A DNA stretch of 64,000 nt from Bacteroidota bacterium. Lineage in GTDB: Bacteria; Bacteroidota; Bacteroidia; UBA7662; CANHCV01. Each line of letters starts with the position of its first letter. The first letter of the stretch is position 1. Of the stretch, positions 18,728 to 26,636 are shown in pieces. The notes under the pieces were generated by a model that was not told the origin of the DNA, did not search any database, and was given only the letters and a program-made list of their open reading frames with translations. The stretch spans positions 4,820 through 68,819 of the forward strand of contig CANHCV010000005.1 in assembly GCA_947459245.1 (NCBI GenBank). Direction: 5' to 3'. The translations under genes and the position numbers were made by a program.

Positions 18728-19945
18728 TCAATTCACCTCGTCCAAAAAAAGGGAGTAGTTGTTGTGGTAAACCGGGCACCACCAACCTCCGTATTTCAGG
18801 CTTTCGGATTGCATTTTTTGGTGGTTGCTCTTCATTTCGGCCGCTCCCAAATGGAGGTAATGGTAACCGGTAGCGTCCATCCATGCACTGGGAACACGAA
18901 TCAAATCACTGATTTTTTCGCTGTTGAAGTCGTAATGATTTACGGGCAAAGCTGTTCCCAACAGAAATCCGTTTTGGTCGGCCGAAAGGGCCGTGAAATC
19001 TTCTCGAATTCCAACCGTTTCCAAATTTTTCCATAACGCATGGGAGGTGAGCAGGTAGTGTTGCCGCGATTGAGTTACCGATTTTCCGATGATTTCTTCC
19101 AATTGCGTTTTTTCATTTTGAAGGTCACTCAAAGAAATCGCTGCTCGGGAAGAGGGGTGCAAACCGATGGTAAATGTTTCGGAAAGTTCCTTGATTTTTT
19201 TTCGGAAGATCGGATTTTGGGCTCCTAGCGATTTGTCGATGCCGCCTTGATTTCCCATTTGAATGAACAAAATGGATGAATGTGGATAGCGTTCAAAATG
19301 GTCGAAGGGATCGGTTTTTTGGCCTTTCCACCATTGATAGCGGTGAAATAATTCTTGCAGATGCCCCCTGCGAGCGCATCCCAAGGCTCCGCGCAGAAAC
19401 GGAAGCAGGGGCTTGCCAAACTCTTGGTAAAGGTGGTCAACATCCACGGTAATTTGCTGATGCACGGGGGGAGCAGAGGGAGTCAACTCGGGGAAATGCC
19501 CGTTCAGCCATTGGCCCAATTGCTGCGCCCAGCGCCCAATGATGTTTTGATCATAAACCCCGAAATGCTGGGCAACCCTTGCCGACGCAGGTAGGCGATT
19601 CCACGCATCTCGGGTGGAGTCGGCTCGTTCTTGCATGTTGGATAGAAAAAAGAACGCCACCGATGGAAGCTCAAATGGAAAGGTGTTGGAGTTGATGTTT
19701 TTTACCGAAGACGGAAATGCTACGTTTGCGGTGATCAAATTGGAAAAAACGAGGGATCCCGGTGGCAAATGAGGCATTCCCTCCAAGGGTTCTGGGAGGC
19801 AAGAAAGGGTAGGATAGTGGGGGTGTTTTTGGTTGGAAACCTCCATGGAAATGGTCAACCCCAGGTAATCGGTGAATAGGTGCTTGAAGGTAAGCCGCGC
19901 TCTTTCGGTAATTTGTGGAACCAGAAGATGAAGGTGGGGCTGCAT
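18728..19945 (-). CDS. Hypothetical protein (possibly polysaccharide deacetylase-like)
   Basis: No clear motif was found. It appears co-oriented in an apparent operon with mlaD and the amidase. The call is weak. Confidence 0.35.
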   Translation of the reverse strand: MQPHLHLLVPQITERARLTFKHLFTDYLGLTISMEVSNQKHPHYPTLSCLPEPLEGMPHLPPGSLVFSNLITANVAFPSSVKNINSNTFPFELPSVAFFFLSNMQERADSTRDAWNRLPASARVAQHFGVYDQNIIGRWAQQLGQWLNGHFPELTPSAPPVHQQITVDVDHLYQEFGKPLLPFLRGALGCARRGHLQELFHRYQWWKGQKTDPFDHFERYPHSSILFIQMGNQGGIDKSLGAQNPIFRKKIKELSETFTIGLHPSSRAAISLSDLQNEKTQLEEIIGKSVTQSRQHYLLTSHALWKNLETVGIREDFTALSADQNGFLLGTALPVNHYDFNSEKISDLIRVPSAWMDATGYHYLHLGAAEMKSNHQKMQSESLKYGGWWCPVYHNNYSLFLDEVN

Positions 19946-20919
19946 TACTTGCGCATGCGTTCGGCTTTCTTGCCCGATTTCCCGAGCGGGCCGAGGTATA
20001 TTTTCGGATTTTTATACAAATCGGCCACAACCCGATTGAGGTCGGAAATGGTTTTGTTGAGATTGTCGTACAAATCTTTGTTTTTAACCAACGCACCCAA
20101 CGATCCTTGTCCGGAATTGATTTGTCCGAGCATTTGATTCAGGGCGTGGGAGGCCGCTTTCAGTTCTTTAACCGTACCATCGATATCGGATTTTGCCAAT
20201 TTCTCGGTGGCCGCTGCGGTGTTGGCCGTAATGGAAGAGATGTGTTGATTCGATTTTTGAAGATTGGTGGTTACCGATTCCAAATTGGAAATGGTTTTTT
20301 TCAACGCTCCCGATTCGGCCACCAAAAGGTCTTTCAGTGTTTCCGACGATTTTTCCAAATGAATGAGGGTTCTTTGAACACTTCCCATTCCACCGCTCAT
20401 GCTTTCATCAGAAAACAAATGCTGCATGTTGAGAATGAGGGTATCCAACGATCCCAACATTTTCTCGGTTTTTAATTTTACTGGAAGGATTTCTTTTGAA
20501 ACTTTATCGGTAAGGGAATTTTCAATCTTTCCGAGAAGGGTGTCGCCCGATTCGGCGACCGTTGAAGACGGAGTCCAATTCAATTCTACGGCTTTTGCTC
20601 CCAATAAATCGGCTGAAATGATGGTTGCTTCAGCATTTTTTGGAACCACGACGTTCTTTTGAACATCGATCAAGGCTACAATTTGTTCCGGATTTTTAGG
20701 GTTGATTTTTATCTCAATAACGGATCCGATTTGCAATCCGTTTTTCATAACGGGATTGGAGGTTTTTAATCCTTGAGCATTGGAATAGATCACCACGAAT
20801 TGGTTGGAGGAGGAGAAGAGTCTTCTTCCTTGCAAATAAGAAAATCCGAAGAAGAGGCAAGCAAGAATAATGACCGCAAAAGCGCCGATGAGGACTTCTT
20901 TATGGTTTTTAAAATTCAT
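19945..20919 (-). CDS. mlaD: MlaD/MCE-domain protein
   Basis: An N-terminal TM helix is followed by an MCE domain (FVVIYSNAQGLKTSNPVMKNGLQIGSVIEIKINPKN). A long coiled-coil C-terminus follows. Confidence 0.7.
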   Translation of the reverse strand: MNFKNHKEVLIGAFAVIILACLFFGFSYLQGRRLFSSSNQFVVIYSNAQGLKTSNPVMKNGLQIGSVIEIKINPKNPEQIVALIDVQKNVVVPKNAEATIISADLLGAKAVELNWTPSSTVAESGDTLLGKIENSLTDKVSKEILPVKLKTEKMLGSLDTLILNMQHLFSDESMSGGMGSVQRTLIHLEKSSETLKDLLVAESGALKKTISNLESVTTNLQKSNQHISSITANTAAATEKLAKSDIDGTVKELKAASHALNQMLGQINSGQGSLGALVKNKDLYDNLNKTISDLNRVVADLYKNPKIYLGPLGKSGKKAERMRK

Positions 20920-21695
20920 TTTTTGGAGTCGATGGATTGTTTGAAGTTTTTGAAGGCACGATAAATGGATCCGGCCACGTATTGCTTTCCTTCAGGCGAA
21001 GTTAAGAATTTCTCTTCGTCGGGGTGTGTTAAAAATCCTATTTCTGTAAGAACGCTGGGCATATTGCTACCGGCGAGTACGGCAAGGCCTTGTTGTTTAA
21101 CGCCACGACTGCCGCGTTTTGCGTGTTCGATGTATTGTTTTTGGATGAAATCGGCCAACAAAAGCGATTCACTTTGGAATTGTTGTTGTTGGGATGCGAG
21201 GAAAATCATGGTTTCTGGTTCTTTCGGATCGAAACCGTCGTAGTGTTTTTGGTAATCTTTTTCGAGGAGGATAACGCCGTTTTCGCGTTTCGCCACTTCC
21301 AAATTTTCTTCGTATCGGTGCACTCCAAGGGCGAAGGTTTCGGTTCCTTTAGCACCTTTTCCAGAATTGCAATGAATGGAGATGAAAACGTCTGCATTGG
21401 CCCGATTCGCAACGTTCGCTCGCTGGTACAACGCAATGAAAGTGTCGGTCTTGCGGGTATAAATCACATTTAAATCGGGGAAATTTTTCTCGAGGTATTC
21501 TCCCACCAATAAAGCCACATCCAAGGCTACGTTTTTTTCGTACTTCCCCGATACACTTTTGCAACCTGCGTCGTGACCACCGTGGCCGGCATCGATCACA
21601 ACCGTTCGCACTTTACGAATGGATTGATTGGTGGCACGAAACCCCATCAAACTCAATGCAATGATGCCGAAAATCAAAAAGATGGATTTTTTCAT
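20916..21695 (-). CDS. N-acetylmuramoyl-L-alanine amidase (Amidase_3 family)
   Basis: Signal peptide MKKSIFLIFGIIALSLMGF. Motifs VVIDAGHGGHDAGC and IHCNSG are present. The start at 21695 (MKKSIF) was chosen. The listed 544 aa ORF extends upstream only by read-through antisense to the LptD-like gene. Confidence 0.85.
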   Translation of the reverse strand: MKKSIFLIFGIIALSLMGFRATNQSIRKVRTVVIDAGHGGHDAGCKSVSGKYEKNVALDVALLVGEYLEKNFPDLNVIYTRKTDTFIALYQRANVANRANADVFISIHCNSGKGAKGTETFALGVHRYEENLEVAKRENGVILLEKDYQKHYDGFDPKEPETMIFLASQQQQFQSESLLLADFIQKQYIEHAKRGSRGVKQQGLAVLAGSNMPSVLTEIGFLTHPDEEKFLTSPEGKQYVAGSIYRAFKNFKQSIDSKK

Positions 21696-21764
21696 CGTCT
21701 TCTCACGCTTAAACCAAGAAAATGCCGTTATTTTGTACAAAAATAAAAGGGTAAGTCGTTTCGG

Positions 21765-24365
21765 GTGATTCGTTTTCATCATTTCTTTTGCACCATTTTC
21801 GTTTTTTTTCTGTGTGTTGTTCACATTTCTGGGCAACCCAACAAAAATCAAACCAAAAAAGGGAGAAAAAAAGCAGTTTCTGTAACGGCGACTCCCATCG
21901 TGGAGCTTAAAAAAAATTCCGATTCCCTTTCCATCTTTTTTCCTCCCCTTGATACGTTTGCCTTGGGAACCGATTTCAATGAACCGGTTTTGGGTACTTC
22001 GGCCGATTCTGTGGTGATGAATCAAGCCGAGGAATCCATTCATTTGTGGAAAAAAGCAGAGGTGAAGTACCAAACCATTCAGCTTCAGGCCGGCCACATC
22101 GTGCTCGATCGAAAAAAGAAAACCCTGTTGGCCGAGCCGTTCGATTCCCTCGGGAAAAAAATCGAATTCCCCCATTTCGTTTCCGACGATCAAACCATGG
22201 ATGCCGACAAAATTCTGTACCAATTCGAAACCAAAAAAGCCAAGGTCTGGAACAGCAAAGCGCACGATGGGGAAGCATATCTGCATGCGAAAGTAGCCAA
22301 AATGGAAAACGATTCCACCTACTTCGCCCAAAACATGAAACTCACCACCTGCAATGCCGATCATCCGCACTTCTATTTCAACATCGGAAAGGCGAAGGTC
22401 ATGCGCAACAACCTGGTGGTTTTTGGTCCGGCAAATTTGGTGGTATTGGGTGTGAAAACCCCCGTTGGAGTTCCGTTTGGAATATTTCCGCAAAAGAAAG
22501 GGAACCGAAGCGGACTTCTTCCGCCCGAACCGGGCTTCAGCCCCAGTCAAGGGTATTTCTTGAGGAATGGCGGATTTTATTACGGGGGAAGTCCGTACTT
22601 CAATTTGAGTTTAAAAGGCGATTTGTACACCACGGGATCGTATCGAGTGGGTTTGAGTTCTACCTACGTGAAACGCTATCAGTACCAAGGAAATCTCAGT
22701 TTGAATTATTCACGTTTTCGCTTCGGCGATCCCGAGGGTCCCGATTTTCGGGTGCAGCCCGATTTCCGAATCACGTGGGATCACCAACAAGATGCGAAAG
22801 CGAATCCGGGAACTTCGTTTGGCGCCCACGTGGAGGCAGGAACTTCCGGTTTTTTGCGGAACAACTCGTTTGGCACCAACCAATTTCAACAAAACTCCCT
22901 CAATTCCCGCATTCAGTATTCCAAATCGTTTGGTGCTTTTGGGAACCTGAGTTTGAGCGGCGGACACAGTCAAAACACTCAAACCAGGCAATTTGATATT
23001 TTTCTTCCTGAAGCCAACTTTAACGTGAATCGTTTTTTTCCCTTCAAGCAGAAGGTGCAAGTGGGTGAAGCCAAATGGTACGAGCAAATTGGGGTGAGCT
23101 ACAACATGAATTTGAGCAATCAGCTCAATACGTTCGATTCCGCTCTGCTGCAACCCAATGTTTTATCGGAAATGAGGAGCGGAATAACGCATTCCATTCC
23201 GATCAGTACCAGCATAAAAATGGGGAAAAGCACATCAAAGAATCCGCTACGATTTTTCACGCTTTCACCGGCTTTGTCGTTCAATGAACGCTGGAACCGA
23301 CAATCAATCTCGAAAAGTTGGGACGGTCAAAAAGTCGTTACAGATACCCTAGAAGGATTTTTCGCCAATCGTGATTACAGTTTTCAAACTTCCATCACCA
23401 CCATGATTTATGGCATGTACACTTTTGGTGGAAAGCTAAAAGCGATTCGTCATGTGGTTACTCCGAGTGTTTTTTACTCCTACCGTCCCGATTTCTCAGC
23501 GTCTTCGTACGGGTACTTCAAGTCGGTACAAACCGATACGGCGGGCACCACCCGCATGTATTCCATCTTTGAGCAGAGTTTGAAGGGTGGTCCTTCGGCA
23601 GGAAGAGACGGAAGTTTGAACTTTTCGTTGGGGAATGTGGTGGAGGCCAAAGTTTTCTCGAAAGCCGATACGGTAAAACACGAAAAGAAAATTAAAGTCA
23701 TCGACTTTTTGGGGGTGAATGGGGGGTACAATTTTGCGGCCGATAGTTTGCAGTGGAGAAATTTTTCGTTGAATGGCCGCACCAATTTCAGCAAGAATTT
23801 CAGTGTTCAGTACGACGCCAATTGGGACGTTTACCAAAGGAACGAGCGCGGCGTTCGCATTCAGCAATACCAATTCCAACAAGATGGCCGCTTGGCGAGA
23901 ATGCAAAATGCTGGGCTAACGTTCAGCGGCGGATTCGCTGGAAAAGGAAAAGAGAAGAAAACTTCCGAAGGAAGCGAAGAGGAAAAGCAAATGGTGGAGC
24001 GCAACCGGTTTGCCTACCTGGATTTTTCGGTTCCCTACAGTGTTAACTTCAACTATGTGCTTAGGTACCAAGAAGGATTTCAACCCGCATTGAAAGGAGC
24101 AGTTAGCCAAACGATGGTGGTGAATGGCGACGTGGCCATTACCCCGAAATTTAAGCTGGGTTTCAATTCGGGCTACGATTTTACCGTGAAAAAAATGACT
24201 TCTTCGGTCTTTACTTTGTACCGAGATTTGCACTGTTGGGATCTTTCTTTGAGCGTGGTTCCTTTTGGGTTCAACAAAAGTTACATGGTAACGTTCAAAC
24301 CAAAGTCGGCCTTGTTGAGCGATTTAAAACTTACGCGAAGAAGAGAATTTTACGATTTTAGATAG
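21765..24365 (+). CDS. LptD-like outer-membrane beta-barrel protein (putative LPS assembly protein, Bacteroidota type)
   Basis: At 866 aa with a signal-like N-terminus, it has beta-barrel-like alternating composition and ends in an aromatic residue (FYDFR). It is divergent from the amidase/mlaD operon. Confidence 0.5.
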   Translation: MIRFHHFFCTIFVFFLCVVHISGQPNKNQTKKGRKKAVSVTATPIVELKKNSDSLSIFFPPLDTFALGTDFNEPVLGTSADSVVMNQAEESIHLWKKAEVKYQTIQLQAGHIVLDRKKKTLLAEPFDSLGKKIEFPHFVSDDQTMDADKILYQFETKKAKVWNSKAHDGEAYLHAKVAKMENDSTYFAQNMKLTTCNADHPHFYFNIGKAKVMRNNLVVFGPANLVVLGVKTPVGVPFGIFPQKKGNRSGLLPPEPGFSPSQGYFLRNGGFYYGGSPYFNLSLKGDLYTTGSYRVGLSSTYVKRYQYQGNLSLNYSRFRFGDPEGPDFRVQPDFRITWDHQQDAKANPGTSFGAHVEAGTSGFLRNNSFGTNQFQQNSLNSRIQYSKSFGAFGNLSLSGGHSQNTQTRQFDIFLPEANFNVNRFFPFKQKVQVGEAKWYEQIGVSYNMNLSNQLNTFDSALLQPNVLSEMRSGITHSIPISTSIKMGKSTSKNPLRFFTLSPALSFNERWNRQSISKSWDGQKVVTDTLEGFFANRDYSFQTSITTMIYGMYTFGGKLKAIRHVVTPSVFYSYRPDFSASSYGYFKSVQTDTAGTTRMYSIFEQSLKGGPSAGRDGSLNFSLGNVVEAKVFSKADTVKHEKKIKVIDFLGVNGGYNFAADSLQWRNFSLNGRTNFSKNFSVQYDANWDVYQRNERGVRIQQYQFQQDGRLARMQNAGLTFSGGFAGKGKEKKTSEGSEEEKQMVERNRFAYLDFSVPYSVNFNYVLRYQEGFQPALKGAVSQTMVVNGDVAITPKFKLGFNSGYDFTVKKMTSSVFTLYRDLHCWDLSLSVVPFGFNKSYMVTFKPKSALLSDLKLTRRREFYDFR

Positions 24366-24398
24366 CAACCAACTGCTTCCCTTTAACTCCATAACATC

Positions 24399-26006
24399 AT
24401 GAAGAATATTTACGCACTTTTTTTGATTTTTACCTCGATTTCGGTACTTGGTAATGTGCCTTTTCGTTTGTCGGTGAACCAGCTCAATTTCGCAACGTTG
24501 AACGAAAATTCCCGCGATAGCTTGCCCATTACCATTACGAATGATTATGCTGGAAGCCTTCGCATTCAGCTTCAATTTTTCGGGATTTTTCAAGATACCG
24601 CCTTCTCGGTTTCTCCCAATGATTTTACCCTTCCTCAAGGCGGTTCACGTACCGTTCATGTTCGTTTTGCACCCAAGCACAATGTTCGTTATGAAACGGC
24701 CATGATGGTTCAAACCACGGTTGGAGCGGGGTGGGCGTATTCTCGTCCGGTTTATCTTTCCGGAAACGGTGTTTACACCAACGCCTATTACGCAACATCA
24801 ACCAATTTAAGCGGTGAGGCGTTGAAGCAGGCGTTGAGAACCAAAATGAACCAAGGATTTCGAGCACTCTCTTACAACGAAGCCCGCGACAGCATGTATT
24901 TGCGGTTTGATAACTGGGCCACCAATGGTCGCGGAGCAACTTCCAATACCTTGGAATGCGTTTACACCGGTCGTCAAATTTCCGGATATACTTCCCGTAC
25001 TCAGGTTCAAAACACCCCGAACGATTTCAACTGCGAACACACGTTCCCGCAAAGTTTTTTCAGTTCGGCTTCTCCCATGATTTCCGATATGCATCATCTT
25101 TTTCCTACCGATAATAACGCGAACAACCAACGAGCCAATACTCCTTTTGGAGTGGTGTTGGGTGCCCCAACGTGGAGTCAGGGAGGAAGCAAACTGGGTG
25201 GCGGAGTATTCGAACCGAGGGATGTTCACAAAGGCGCCGTTGCTCGGGCCATGCTTTATTTTGGAATCATGTATGGCGGAAACTCCACGGTACAAATCAA
25301 CTATTTAACTTCTCAAGAACCCACGTTGAAATCGTGGACCAATCAGTTTCCACCCAATGCTGTGGATGTTCGCAGAAACAACGACATCGCACGTGCCCAA
25401 GGCAATCGGAATCCTTTGGTTGATTATCCTCAGTTTTTGCAACGCATGGGGGTTCTTTCTACCAATTCCGATCTTCCAAGAAGCAAAAGTTATTGGGTAA
25501 GTGCAACTAGAACCAGCAGCTCCACCCCCAGTGATGAGCACCGAATTTCCATTTACAACACCGGAACCGACACCTTGATTTTGGGTGGTTCGGGCTCCTA
25601 TTCACCCGCTAACGGATTTTTATGGGTGAGTCCGGGAACCACCGTAATTCCTCCCAACAGTTACAGCAACATGGGATTTTTCTGGAGTGGAGGCACCGAT
25701 TCCATTGTTGTTCCCACCAATAAAGCTGCGGGTGATCGGATTGTGATTCAATTGTTTTCGAGTTTATCTGCCGTTTCTCTTTTGGATGCCATCCGTTTGA
25801 ATAGTTGGGAGAATGAATGGGAAATCCTTGATTTGCCATCGGGTAAAACCTCCATTTCCTTGATGGATGTTCAGGGCAGATTGCTTCAGCACAAAGAAAC
25901 ATTTGGGAATCATATCCAACTTTCCAAGGAAGGATTACCTCTAGGGATTTACGTGGTGAAAGTTCGTTCCGAAAAAGGAGAACGCACGTGGAAGGTGAGA
26001 AGGTAA
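24399..26006 (+). CDS. Secreted endonuclease I family nuclease with a T9SS C-terminal sorting domain
   Basis: Endonuclease I motifs are present (CEHTFPQSFF, HHLFPTDNNANNQRANTPFG, RGAVARAMLYFGIMYGG). The C-terminal LGIYVVKVRSEKGERTWKVRR is a T9SS CTD. Confidence 0.75.
   Translation: MKNIYALFLIFTSISVLGNVPFRLSVNQLNFATLNENSRDSLPITITNDYAGSLRIQLQFFGIFQDTAFSVSPNDFTLPQGGSRTVHVRFAPKHNVRYETAMMVQTTVGAGWAYSRPVYLSGNGVYTNAYYATSTNLSGEALKQALRTKMNQGFRALSYNEARDSMYLRFDNWATNGRGATSNTLECVYTGRQISGYTSRTQVQNTPNDFNCEHTFPQSFFSSASPMISDMHHLFPTDNNANNQRANTPFGVVLGAPTWSQGGSKLGGGVFEPRDVHKGAVARAMLYFGIMYGGNSTVQINYLTSQEPTLKSWTNQFPPNAVDVRRNNDIARAQGNRNPLVDYPQFLQRMGVLSTNSDLPRSKSYWVSATRTSSSTPSDEHRISIYNTGTDTLILGGSGSYSPANGFLWVSPGTTVIPPNSYSNMGFFWSGGTDSIVVPTNKAAGDRIVIQLFSSLSAVSLLDAIRLNSWENEWEILDLPSGKTSISLMDVQGRLLQHKETFGNHIQLSKEGLPLGIYVVKVRSEKGERTWKVRR
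25980..26006. repeat. Gene-proximal copy of a 27-nt direct repeat (last 8 codons plus stop of the nuclease: ERTWKVRR-stop)
   Basis: gaacgcacgtggaaggtgagaaggtaa matches 28330..28356 at 25 of 27 positions. Confidence 0.65.
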
Positions 26007-26053
26007 TTGTTTCCAATGGAATCAATCGATTCGTGCTTGCTAGTACTGAATTC

Positions 26054-26080
26054 CGGTGCCTGAGGCTATCGGAGGCACCG
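26054..26080. other. 8-bp stem hairpin (CGGTGCCT / AGGCACCG, 11-nt loop)
   Basis: Seen directly in the sequence. It is part of the structured 630 bp non-coding region. Confidence 0.5.
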
Positions 26081-26092
26081 AAAATTTACCAT

Positions 26093-26202
26093 CCTTCGAC
26101 GTGCTCAGGGTCCGTCCTTCGACAAGCTCAGGTACCGCAGTCCATTGGTAATTAGTTCATTTCGTGGTTGCAAACGGGGGCTACCCTTCGGTAAACTCAG
26201 GG
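26093..26202. repeat. Three forward copies of the 17-nt motif CCTTCGnnnnnCTCAGG (26093, 26116, 26185), plus a GC hairpin GGGGGC...GCCCCC (26176..26214)
   Basis: The copies read ccttcgacgtgctcagg, ccttcgacaagctcagg and ccttcggtaaactcagg. A fourth, inverted copy lies at 26386..26404. Confidence 0.6.
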
Positions 26203-26259
26203 ACCTCCGCCCCCTATCCAAGTGTAATTTACGAAATTTTTTACTGATAGCCGTATCGG

Positions 26260-26306
26260 AAACGTTTAGAAACGTTTGTATCCGTTTATAAACGTTTAAA
26301 ACGGAT
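26260..26306. promoter_or_regulatory. Array of AAACGTTT palindromes (26260, 26270, 26290; a fourth at 26480) embedded in a larger inverted repeat ATCCGTTT...AAACGGAT (26280..26306). Candidate operator or recombination-directionality binding sites.
   Basis: Four identical 8-nt palindromes occur within 230 bp. This is far more than expected by chance. I did not notice this motif elsewhere in the window. Confidence 0.45.
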
Positions 26307-26385
26307 AATTCATTGAAATTATGGAAGATAGCATTTAGTTAGTGCGTGGGGAGGTTCCGAAGCATTTCGGGTTAAATTACGTGGT

Positions 26386-26404
26386 CCTTGAGCTCGTCGA
26401 AAGG
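26386..26404. repeat. Inverted copy of the CCTTCG...CTCAGG motif (ccttgagctcgtcgaaagg). It could pair with 26093..26109 in an RNA.
   Basis: The reverse complement, cctttcgacgagctcaagg, matches forward copy 1 at 15 of 17 positions. Confidence 0.5.
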
Positions 26405-26636
26405 TGGCGCCCCCTGGGGTATCGGTATTTTTTTGATTTATCCCTCGCTTTTTTATCCGATTGCCACCCCCAAATCGGGAAACGTTTATAAAAGTTGGTT
26501 CCGATTTATCCCGTACTTACGGGACACTCGACCACCGAAAAAACCGCCTTAATTTTCCATGAATTTTTTAAATGTCAAGGTATTTTAAAACTAATTTGTC
26601 ATTTGTTTTTTACATTTGAGCCAAATAAAATACGGA

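Noticed and set aside
19915-20475. 186 aa ORF antisense to mlaD
   Set aside because: It is antisense to a gene with a clear MCE domain. Its composition is biased (F/R/G-rich) and it has no start context.
20916-22550. Listed 544 aa ORF extending the amidase gene 285 codons upstream
   Set aside because: The upstream part has no signal peptide and lies antisense to the LptD-like gene. The real amidase begins at the MKKSIF signal peptide (21695). The rest is read-through of an open frame.
22046-22996. 316 aa Arg-rich ORF in an alternative frame of the LptD-like gene
   Set aside because: It is a same-strand frame-shifted shadow with extreme Arg/Ser bias and no motifs.
26093-26404. Possible CRISPR array suggested by the repeated 17-nt motif
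   Set aside because: The copies are irregularly spaced (23, 69 and 184 nt) and one is inverted. They are imperfect and shorter than CRISPR repeats, and no cas genes are nearby.
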